The notes beneath the pieces are model-generated. The model was not told where the DNA came from, made no database searches, and saw only the letters and a list, made by a program, of their open reading frames with translations. DNA of 62,889 bases, filler included, from Trichomonas gallinae (lineage: Eukaryota): assembly GCA_008369845.1 (NCBI GenBank). It is 8 parts of 8 records of this genome, joined end to end, with 100 filler letters (N's around TTAATTAATTAA, not from the genome) between each part and the next. Parts side by side here need not be neighbours in the genome. Positions count along the whole stretch, not along the records: positions 30,997 to 57,284 come from MRSU01001502.1; positions 57,385 to 59,717 come from MRSU01001506.1; positions 59,818 to 61,766 come from MRSU01001511.1; positions 61,867 to 62,889 come from MRSU01001512.1; 4 more parts are not named here. One strand, given 5' to 3'. Position 1 is the stretch's first letter; each line of letters begins with the position of its first letter. The translations under genes were made by a program, and so were the position numbers. This document shows, piece by piece, positions 53,139 to 62,809 of the stretch.

Positions 53139-53879
53139 ATGGAAAAAGTCCTCGTTACTTTTGATGTTGATGGAACTCTTATAACTTCTGTTCCACAATC
53201 AAAACAGCATACTGATGCAATAAAAGAGACAGCAATTAGACTCTTTGGTCTCCCAAAAGACATTGATATTAAAAAATTCTGCCAAAGTAACTTTTCCGGA
53301 ACAACAGACTCATGGATTGCGAAAACAATCATACAAAAAGCTACAGGCAAATCAGAAGTCACCCAAGAAGAACTCGATAATTTCGAAAAATCCGAAGACG
53401 AAATATATCACAGAGATTACGAAGGAATGCATGTAGCATTATATGGTGTTGAAGATGCACTCAAAGAAATAGTCAAAAAGCCTAATGTTACAATAGCTTT
53501 GTGCACAGGAAACTACGAAAGAATTGGCTGGACGAAGGTTGGACATACTGGTATTGACAAGTACTTCGAGGGAAAGCTCGGCGGCTTTGGCAATATATTG
53601 GAAAGAAAGGACATTTTGAAAGAAGCCATTAGAAGAGCTGAGGACTACAAAGGATACAAATTTGATCGAGTTATTCATGTCGGTGATGCAGCCCAAGATG
53701 TTGAGGCAGCTAATAGCAATGGATGCATAGCTGTTGCAGTAGAAACCGGAAAACTCAAAAAAGAGCAATTTCCTAAACCCTGCTTCGTTATTAATAATAT
53801 GAAGGATTCTCTACAAGATTTAATTAACATTATCGATACCGGAAAGCCAATTAATAACTCCTGCATTCATTCCCAATAG
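53139..53879 (+). CDS. HAD-superfamily hydrolase (phosphoglycolate phosphatase-like)
   Basis: FDVDGTL, LCTGN and HVGDAAQDVEAA. Confidence 0.9.
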   Translation: MEKVLVTFDVDGTLITSVPQSKQHTDAIKETAIRLFGLPKDIDIKKFCQSNFSGTTDSWIAKTIIQKATGKSEVTQEELDNFEKSEDEIYHRDYEGMHVALYGVEDALKEIVKKPNVTIALCTGNYERIGWTKVGHTGIDKYFEGKLGGFGNILERKDILKEAIRRAEDYKGYKFDRVIHVGDAAQDVEAANSNGCIAVAVETGKLKKEQFPKPCFVINNMKDSLQDLINIIDTGKPINNSCIHSQ

Positions 53880-53904
53880 TTAAAAATTTTCATTTTTTTT
53901 TTCA

Positions 53905-55131
53905 ATGATTGATATTGATTTACAATCGCCATATATTCAGAGATCTGCTGCAATTAAAGATCAAAATCAAAATGCTCGTATGCTTATAAATTCATATGAG
54001 ATAAAGTCGAACCAAAATCATTTAGCTTTGATAAGCAATAAAATTATGATGACGATTGTTACAGACAAAACAGCGACTGAATTCACTTTTGAAGTAAAGA
54101 TATTAAATGAATACTCTTTAAATGCTGCTAAAGAGTTTCTTCTTACAGGAAAATTTATTGGTAACGTGAGCGAATCAGTATTGATTGATATGTTTGCAAT
54201 CGGAGAAACTATTGGCAATGAGGACTTGATGAAACCTTTAGAAAAACATTTTAAGAATCAAAAATATGACTTGAAAAATGTTTTTACTATATTTAGCTTT
54301 TGCAAGAATCCAAAGCGAAAAAAAGATATGGTAACATTTATTGCTAAAAATCTATGCAATTTTGAAAGAGATTTACTTATATCTTTTTTAATTCAAAATG
54401 GTATTGACTTCACTGAGCAGCTATTGGATAGCAGTGACATTAGTATTTATTCAAATGATGACATATTTGAAATTGCTTTGGCTCTTGCATATCGCGATAA
54501 ATCTTATATTCGTTTACTTGCCAAAAAAACCTCTCCACCCCTTTCAAATGAAAGTATTTCACTTCTTTACACTTTCTTTGAATCTTTACTTGATGATCTT
54601 CCAGATCAAGATATCAAAAAAGTCTGGAAGATGATAAAATTCTTGAATCCTCCCGATAAATTAACCAATTCTTTCAATGAGGAGAACATATTTACTAATC
54701 ATCCTACCATTTTCACTGCTTCAGGTCTCTGGTCATCTATTAAAAGTGTGCAGATGAATACTAATGATTCTAGAGCAGACTTTGGAACATCAGACATTCC
54801 AGGTTCATGGGTTGAAGCATCACTCCAATCGGGATGCGCAATTCCCATTACTTACAAGCTAATGTCAAAGAATATAAATACAGGGACATGCTTTCTCCAA
54901 AGTTGGGTACTACAGGGAACAACTATCAATAATGAATATGTAACATTGGATTCACATAATTCAGATCCATTCCGTCCAGGTGAGATTAGAGAATTTCCAA
55001 TCACAACACGTACGAAATTCAAATCATTTAGAATAATTCAAACAGGTCCAGCAACTAATGGCTGTCATGTCCTCTGCCTCAATGTTTTCAACATTTCAGG
55101 TAATTTTTTCCCTTCCAGGTATGAAAATTAG
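53905..55131 (+). CDS. BTB/BACK-like helical region plus F5/8 type C (discoidin-like) domain protein
   Basis: C-terminal FGTSDIPGSWVEA..ITYKL..LQSWVLQG..FKSFRIIQTGP..LCLNVFNISG. The N-terminal VTFIAKNL..EQLLDSSDISIYSNDDIF is BACK-like. Confidence 0.75.
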   Translation: MIDIDLQSPYIQRSAAIKDQNQNARMLINSYEIKSNQNHLALISNKIMMTIVTDKTATEFTFEVKILNEYSLNAAKEFLLTGKFIGNVSESVLIDMFAIGETIGNEDLMKPLEKHFKNQKYDLKNVFTIFSFCKNPKRKKDMVTFIAKNLCNFERDLLISFLIQNGIDFTEQLLDSSDISIYSNDDIFEIALALAYRDKSYIRLLAKKTSPPLSNESISLLYTFFESLLDDLPDQDIKKVWKMIKFLNPPDKLTNSFNEENIFTNHPTIFTASGLWSSIKSVQMNTNDSRADFGTSDIPGSWVEASLQSGCAIPITYKLMSKNINTGTCFLQSWVLQGTTINNEYVTLDSHNSDPFRPGEIREFPITTRTKFKSFRIIQTGPATNGCHVLCLNVFNISGNFFPSRYEN

Positions 55132-55376
55132 TTTCTTATAGAAGTATTTTGAAATTTAACGCAATATCTTGTAATTTATTTTTTTTTTTAAAATATCCTC
55201 TCTATCATATTTAAAAATTATCGAATAATAAATTTGAAGATTTGCAAATAAATATCTATTTAAATTCATGAATATTGAACATAGGTTCAAAACCAGGCAT
55301 TTTGAATATGATTTTATGATTCAATAAAATAATTCCAAAATGTTTTTTAATATATATATTATTAGTTTACATGATT

Positions 55377-56261
55377 TTAGTTAACAGTAATACGTCTGCT
55401 TTTCTTTGCTGTATTCGAAACAAGTGATTGAAATGTTATATTTGCAGAAGCGCTAGGTCTAATGGAACATTTGCTTTTAGAGAGTCTCTTCTTTATCATT
55501 TTTCCAATATCAGATGCAAAACTTCTTGCAATCGGATCAACTTGCAAGCAAGCGTCAACAATCATCTTCTGGAATGTATCTTTAATCTTAGAGTCATCAT
55601 ACTTATGACATAAGATATTTTCTAGCATTTTTTCTTTAGAATCTAATGACCAAGGATATTCTCCGGTAAAGAGATAATATAATGTAACTCCAAGAGACCA
55701 TATATCAGCTAAAAATGGATTGTAATCCTGACCTAACAGTATCTCCGGCGCTGTAAAAATTGAAGGGACATAATCTTTATGCAGTTGATAATCTTTATCT
55801 GGATTACATGCAAATCCAAAGTCCCAGATTTTAATTTTTCCTTCCGAACTTTGCAAAAATGCAGATGGTTTAATATCTCCATGAACAATTCCAGAACTAT
55901 GGCAGCTTTTGACAGATAAAACTAGTCCCAAAGCAATATCTAACTGTTTTTCTGTTGCAAATTTCTGTTTGCTGGCGATTAATTCCTCAATAGTAGTTGG
56001 GCAATATTCCATAACTAAATACATGCTATCTTTATAGTTGTAGTATTTGTATAATTGAATAACATAAATACTTTTCATTTCCATCATACATTCAACCTCG
56101 GAATCTCTAAAAGATTTAATCGGAGTTCTTTTTATACTGAAATGCATCTTATATTGAGGCGAATATACCAGGTGCATTGTTCCGTTTGTGCACTTACCTA
56201 TTGGTCTGATATATTTGAAATCCTTGCTTGCCAAGAAATCAGAGTCCAAAGGCGTAATCAT
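55377..56261 (-). CDS. CAMK-like kinase, probable pseudokinase
   Basis: Kinase fold, but the Gly loop reads GKCTNG and the catalytic loop reads HGDIKPSAF (Asn missing). DFG and APE are retained. An upstream ATG at 56321 is also possible. Confidence 0.8.
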   Translation of the reverse strand: MITPLDSDFLASKDFKYIRPIGKCTNGTMHLVYSPQYKMHFSIKRTPIKSFRDSEVECMMEMKSIYVIQLYKYYNYKDSMYLVMEYCPTTIEELIASKQKFATEKQLDIALGLVLSVKSCHSSGIVHGDIKPSAFLQSSEGKIKIWDFGFACNPDKDYQLHKDYVPSIFTAPEILLGQDYNPFLADIWSLGVTLYYLFTGEYPWSLDSKEKMLENILCHKYDDSKIKDTFQKMIVDACLQVDPIARSFASDIGKMIKKRLSKSKCSIRPSASANITFQSLVSNTAKKSRRITVN

Positions 56262-57284
56262 TTTATCTGATTTTGTAAATTCAAACAAAATGTTAAATTT
56301 TGCCAAAGCGGAAAATCTCATTGGACAATAATGCCAGACAAATGCTAGGTTATTTTTTTGGCGTGTAAATAATGTTCACAAAAATATAAAATCCTTCAGA
56401 AATTTATTAAAGAGTTTTTGTACAACATAGTGCCGATATATGCATACAGCATTTTTTCAAAATTTTAAATTCGTAGGAAAGTGTTTTATGGCAAATTTGC
56501 ATGAACCATCAAATAGTATTATGAAAATTATTCAAGTTCTCAATTTTTGAATGTAATGTATTCTATGAGATTAACAAAAATCGCCAAATAATTTATAGAA
56601 AAAATACGTTTTTAATCATAGGATTAAGGATTATTTATATATAAGAATTCTATTGTGAACAAGTAAGAAAAATTTTCGCAGAGATACAAAGAAAAGTGTC
56701 AAAAAAAAAAAATATCTCTCAGAATTGAACGATGAAAATTTTAAAAATAAAAGTAATTTTTCTGTCGAAAGTGTTTTGCGTGTCAAATAGCCAAAAAATA
56801 AAGTGTCAGATTGTCAGATTTTGAGCAATCAAAAATAGTCAAGAAAACTATAAGAATAAAAAATCTAAATGTCTTGTAAATTTTGAAATTAACACATAAA
56901 GAATAAGATGTCAAAAGTGCTATTGCAGGGGTGAGCATTCAATATTAAATGTTAAAAGTTGATAACGATTGTTATTATTTTAAATAGTAAAAATCAAAGC
57001 ACCACTCTTTGTGGCACATAGATTTCGGGTGGCACAATGTCATCTGAAGTTCTCACCAAAGTCGTCGATGAGAAAAATAAATTCACAATTCAGTAAGACA
57101 TAAACACAGGATGATTCGTACAGAATAGAATTGATTGTATAGTTACAAATTCAACTGCAATGCTATCCATCTTTCTTTATCTGCCCATAATCATTCCATT
57201 TATTCATCTAACTATGGTAAAAAGCAAGGCCACCACCCAAGGAATCTCATGCAGCGATTTTCGTTCTGTGTAAGGCACCTTGTG

Positions 57285-57384
57285 NNNNNNNNNNNNNNNN
57301 NNNNNNNNNNNNNNNNNNNNNNNNNNNNTTAATTAATTAANNNNNNNNNNNNNNNNNNNNNNNNNNNNNNNNNNNNNNNNNNNN
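57285..57384. other. Artificial contig spacer
   Basis: N44-TTAATTAATTAA-N44. Confidence 0.98.
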
Positions 57385-57594
57385 GCACAATACAGGAAAC
57401 TTGTTCGAAACCATATCAACTTGAATAACGTTTTCCTTGTTGATGAAGACCTCCGCCCTTCAATCCCAATTCCAAAGGTACAGACTCCAACTGTCCAACA
57501 AGTTGAACTTCCCCAAGTTGAAGAAGAATTCGAAGACTTCGATAATTTCTTTACTGAATTCTCTGAAATGTATTGTGAGCCCATGTTTGAATAA
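57385..57594 (+). CDS. 3' fragment of a gene, probably a Myb-protein C-terminus
   Basis: Open from the contig edge: AQYRKLVRNHINL...EEEFEDFDNFFTEFSEMYCEPMFE*. It looks like a basic helix end followed by a Pro-rich and acidic/aromatic tail. Not in the ORF track. Confidence 0.55.
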   Translation, partial: AQYRKLVRNHINLNNVFLVDEDLRPSIPIPKVQTPTVQQVELPQVEEEFEDFDNFFTEFSEMYCEPMFE

Positions 57595-59596
57595 AACTCA
57601 TGCTATTATTATAAGTTAATTTAAAAGTCTATTATTCTAAATTATCCCAAAAACGTTTTATTAATGAAAATGCTTTTGATTATGATTCTAAAGTTATTTT
57701 CAAGATATATGAGAAGATTTTACTAGAATGTTACTATCACATTAGATTAAAAATGTATATTGGATCATTAACAGAATAATGGATAAGATCATATCATTCT
57801 GTGATGTTTGTGATTCATGATAAATGTTTATATAGCTGAAAGAATGAATATTTATTTTTTGTGTATTTTAGAATGAGCATTTATAAAATGTTATATCGAT
57901 AAAATGTTATTGATTTTTATATTAATTTTATATAATGTATTATGCGTGAGTGGATAATAATTTTATAAAAATGAAAAATAACCTTATATAATCAATTGAA
58001 GGGCGATCATAATTATCGGTAAATATTTATTTCGCAATAACATATATGCATACAATTCACATATCAAGAAAAATAAACAGAAAATAAATTAAAACATCAG
58101 AAACTTTTCCATTTCTATATAAACATCACCGGATATCGCTAATTTTTCAATTTTACAAATACGTTGAATTGAGAAGTCAATCGGAAAATTTCAAATATCA
58201 TTATCAAAAAATTGAAAAAAATTATCATAGCTTCATCATAATAAGACATAAATGATTTTTATACTTTTAAAATTCATAAGAGTATCTTATCCAAATTTTC
58301 CGATTTTTTTCTAATAGAAAAATCGCGATGGCCGGTGATCCATAATAGTTACGAATGATTTTATATATTTGCAAGAATTTTCGATTTTTTGAGAACGCAC
58401 GTTGGTAAAATGGCAGTTCGAAACCATGCATATAATCATTGCAAAATACATAGCCTCAACAAAAGAGGAAATGTTATCAAAAAGCAAAACAACTTAATTC
58501 AATAATCCATTATCGAAATCTTAAACCAAATCTAGCATTTCTAGTGTAATATCAATACGAGATCTAATTATTATAACAAAATATGGTTTCATGGATATCA
58601 GAATCAAATTTTGGAACAAATCAAATATCAATTTCAATTTTACACCAATTAAGCTAAATTAATCAATATTAAATCTATATTCGGCTTAATCTTAATGGAA
58701 AATAATTTATTATGTCATTATGCCATTAAATTGTACAAAAAAGATATATTATTTTTACGATTATGGATTTAAACTAGAATTCACATGATTATTTTCATAA
58801 TATATGCATATCACAGTCATTTTGCATGGCTGTTTTATCCGGTTACAGCGAAATTTCTTTCAATACAATTGCTTTAACCATTCAAAAAGTTTTTTCAATT
58901 CTTCAATTGTTTTTTGATTATTGGAGTTCGCTAATTTATATATCACGGGCTTGATAATCTCCAATATAAGATATTAAATGTCATTATCAAGAAATGCTAT
59001 GTGTTTACTTGAGTTTTCATGCAAAAAATTTAAAAAATTAAAAATCATAAATATTCGAATGTTATATATTAATTTTTAATATCATCTTTAATTCTCATAT
59101 GCAATACAATTCATTGTATGCGCAATCGATATGGATTACGCTGTGATATTTTTGAAATCAGGAATTCATTACAAAAAAAAATCGACGAATTTAGATATGG
59201 CTTGGTTAATTCGAATGTTTGTATTATTTGCAGCATTATTTATATCAAAAACAATGCTTTTAAGTCCTATCATCGTGCTTTCAAAAATAGCGAGTGTAAT
59301 TCTCACAAATTTTCATTTTTTTAATAGTTGTCAGAAAAATTAAGAGCTAAATCACGATTAAATTGGATTCAAATTCAAAATATTTTTATGATGAAATAAA
59401 AAGGTATAATTATATCAATAGAAGCATTTCTACAAGTTTTATTTTTCATTTTTTATCAACTTTTGGCTGTCCATATATGTTCGCTATGTATGCATTATTA
59501 TTATCATAAAATGTGGATCAAATTGTTTGTCAAAAGAACTCCTTATCTAAAAAATATTCTCAATTTTTACCATGCTATATAAAAGCATTTATTTAG

Positions 59597-59717
59597 ATGC
59601 ACACGCAAGCGAACAAGCACAACATGTTCACTGAAAGGGATGATGAGAAACTAAGAAGCATCATTGAGAAACACTACAAAAACCAAACTGAGAAAATTAA
59701 CTGGAATTTCATTGCGA
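59597..59717 (+). CDS. Myb-like DNA-binding protein, 5' fragment
   Basis: MHTQANKHNMFTERDDEKLRSIIEKHYKNQTEKINWNFIA runs into the contig edge. FTxxDDxKL..NWxxIA is a Myb repeat. Not in the ORF track. Confidence 0.85.
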
Positions 59718-59817
59718 NNNNNNNNNNNNNNNNNNNNNNNNNNNNNNNNNNNNNNNNNNNNTTAATTAATTAANNNNNNNNNNNNNNNNNNNNNNNNNNN
59801 NNNNNNNNNNNNNNNNN
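59718..59817. other. Artificial contig spacer
   Basis: N44-TTAATTAATTAA-N44. Confidence 0.98.
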
Positions 59818-60304
59818 GAACATTTTTATAATCGATTTTCGCAACAAACTTTGCTACCTCATATGGTGTTACATAATCATGAACGAATGAAAATTCTTCG
59901 AATTCAGGTTTTTGGTACCAACAAAAAGTTGCTTCTCTATATGTACTTGGACATTCTGCAAATCTAGCACTAACTATATAATTTCCAGGTTGAGTAAACT
60001 TCCTATTTTCTATGGTATGAATTGTAATTTCAACCTTTTGATCAGCACTAGAAAATGTAAATCCAGAATCTTCAAATGGTAAATTCGATTTATCAAGTGT
60101 TTTGGTGCGTTCATTCTCAATAAATGTAATACAGTATTCGATATGATAAACTTGGTCACCAACCACATTGGATCCGATAGACATTTTAACAACTGTTGGA
60201 TACCTACTAGTGAATTTAACTAGAGCTCTAGGTGGACCTATTTCAAAAGACTTTATAGCAGGGCAACTAAGAGCTAGTTGGAGAAAAAGGACTGCAATCA
60301 TCAT
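59818..60304 (-). CDS. Secreted/surface protein, 5' fragment (beta-rich, Ig-like)
   Basis: Short signal peptide MMIAVLFLQLALS, then a beta-strand pattern with PGNYIVSARF. Truncated by a spacer. Confidence 0.65.
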
Positions 60305-60457
60305 TAATGATCAAATAAAAAAATAAATGTTTTCAATTATTTGATAATTAAAAAAAAAATATTTTACACAAATTTTCTAATCTCTTGTATATAATTGTTT
60401 TTCCGGTTGGACATTTTTTAACTTTTGAATTGTTCGCAAATTTTGATAAGTAAATAA

Positions 60458-60655
60458 AAATCGGGAATAATTTGTTATTGTATAAATTAATAATAATTGA
60501 ATATATTTATCCGTATTGTTTTTCGTAAATTTCATGACAAAAATATTTGAATTAATTTTAATATGTGAATATAAATCGGATAATTTGCTATTGCATAAAT
60601 TAATAGAAATTGAGTATAATTATCAGTTTTAATAAATTTCATGACAAAAATATTT
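60458..60655 (+). repeat. Imperfect direct repeat, 2 copies of about 85-90 bp
   Basis: AAATCGG..ATAATTTGYTATTGYATAAATTAATA..AATTGA..TAAATTTCATGACAAAAATATTT at about 60458-60548 and 60573-60655. Confidence 0.85.
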
Positions 60656-61766
60656 CAAATATTTTCAAAAAAAATTGAATAAAATATTCAATTAGAATAA
60701 CTTATTTGAACCAATATACAGATTAATCAAGCATGAATAAGGCAATTTCGAAAATTAATTCTAAAGTCAGGCATGAAAAATTGAAAATCAATTTTGAGAA
60801 ATACTCTCGGAAAAATTAAATCACTGTTGTGCGAGAGTAAAGATGTTGTAGATGTCAAACACGCCCAGATCTCAAAGTTCTAAATTCATTGAAATGTGTT
60901 TCAATAATTTCTGAGTGCATTCAAAGAAATTGAATTGATATCAAAAGTCAAGATTTGAATGGTAAAGAAATATTTTGAATGCGGATAGAAAATAAAAATT
61001 GATATAATATTGTATGTGATAATATATGCTACATTATTTACATGTTTATAACGAAAAAGAATAACGCAATTAATTTGAATGCTTATTGAAAAAAATAAAA
61101 ATGATAAAAATAGTAAATTATAGATCTAAACTATTAATAGTATGATATTACAACATTTTAATGTAAAAAACAATTTTAGTAAAAACTAAATAAACACTTC
61201 CATAAGTTTCTGTAAGCTTATATGACTAATATTATTAAGTTTAAACACAGAAATAAAGGTTTTTGAAAAAGAACCTTTTTCGATGTTGCAATGTTTATGA
61301 TTTTTAATGAAATATCTGTATTAGGATATACAGTACGATGCTGTTTCCAATATTAAAAATTATTTATCTGCGTCTGAAATTAGAAAATAAAAAGAAATGT
61401 TTCAACTCGCTTTCTGGCTTTGTGATAGGATTTGAGATCTCAAAGTTATAAAGTATGATTTTTATGTCTATCTGATTAATATATGTAGGTTTCAGTTTAA
61501 TTTGTAGAAATAAATTAATAATCAAAAATATTTTTGTAATTTTCATCAAATACACATTCCATATGCGGAATTTTTAATTGGAAACACGTATAAGTAGCTG
61601 TCCTCATAGTAAATTAATGGAAAAAGAACATAAATACGTCGACTATACTGTCCCCCGTTTTTCTGATGTCAGACAGCTTTTTCGACACGTATTCAATTTC
61701 TTGGGACCCAAAGTGGCAGGACAAGATGTGAAGTGGTCAAGCATTTGGGAATTCATTAAATAGGTA

Positions 61767-61866
61767 NNNNNNNNNNNNNNNNNNNNNNNNNNNNNNNNNN
61801 NNNNNNNNNNTTAATTAATTAANNNNNNNNNNNNNNNNNNNNNNNNNNNNNNNNNNNNNNNNNNNN
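61767..61866. other. Artificial contig spacer
   Basis: N44-TTAATTAATTAA-N44. Confidence 0.98.
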
Positions 61867-61946
61867 TTGAAAAGTGACAGTTTGTCAATTTTTACAGTTA
61901 TTTATTTGTCACTTTTTATGTTCAAACTACAACTTCATATTAATAT
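61867..61946 (+). repeat. 80-bp inverted repeat, left copy
   Basis: TTGAAAAGTGACAGTTTGTC...CTTCATATTAATAT is the exact reverse complement of 62810-62889. Confidence 0.95.
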
Positions 61947-61962
61947 CATGTTATCTATATAC

Positions 61963-62001
61963 TTAAGGATGTCGAAAAGTGGGTGGGTGCAACGTCCTTA
62001 A
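61963..62001. mobile_element. TTAA-flanked 31-bp mini-element (Kolobok-like remnant)
   Basis: TTAA-GGATGTCG...GCAACGTCC-TTAA: imperfect terminal inverted repeats starting GG, with a TTAA on each side. Confidence 0.4.
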
Positions 62002-62374
62002 TATACTGAATTTTTCCGATGGATGATACACAATATAGGATTCTTCTTTGTTTCTATAGATATATTGTAAATACTGTATAATTTATTTAAGGATACCATA
62101 CACCACTACTTTCTTATTGATGTCATAACTCAGGATAGCATTGATTTAAAAGATTAAATCCTATGATTTTCTACTAAGATGTATATAGAATATGTGGTAA
62201 AGAATAATGTTTCACTAATAGCACAATCCAATTGTAATGAGTCATTTATCATCGAGAAACATAATTTCATATAAATTCAAAATTTTTTTTTAATGCGCGT
62301 TTAAAATACCATTTTGATCTACATTGATTATCATCATTTAAATGTTTTAATTATCTTTTAGATTTATATAATTT

Positions 62375-62779
62375 TTAATTTTGAATATTTCTATTCTTAG
62401 AAATATGTCCTATTATACTAACATCTTCATCGTCATCGTGGAATGAAACGAAATCATCATTATCGTCATTAGAAACTGCGTCACCAAAAATTTCGAACTT
62501 ATTTATAGCGATGAATGGCGGATATCCTGGGCACGGATCATTTTGTATGAGGCGGATGAACTTAGCAGTGTACTCCTTGTCGAGTTTGTAGGATTTTTCA
62601 TTGCAGCGACGCATCGAATTGTCTTTTTCGATTTTGTGGACTTCTGTCCATGTTTTATTGTCGTCAGAAGTCTGCAGACTCCAGCTGTACAAGCAGCAAT
62701 CGAAGCATCCGTATCTATCCTCCTCACAGCAACAGTCTGTGTAACAGCACCCGCATCTCACGAAATAACCATTAAATTT
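62375..62779 (-). pseudogene. 5'-truncated Cys-rich F5/8 type C (discoidin-like) gene fragment
   Basis: KFNGYFVRCGCCYTDCCCEEDRYGCFDCCLYSWSLQTSDDNKTW..KFIRLIQ..KFEIFG. There is no upstream ATG, an in-frame TAA lies at 62792-62794, and the inverted repeat follows. Confidence 0.75.
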
Positions 62780-62809
62780 AATTAAATTCTTTTAAATTCT
62801 TTTAAATTT

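Noticed and set aside
12853..61866. Seven identical TTAATTAATTAA motifs in N runs, as a biological repeat or CRISPR-like array
   Set aside because: They are fixed 100-nt artificial spacers with six-frame stops, used to concatenate contigs.
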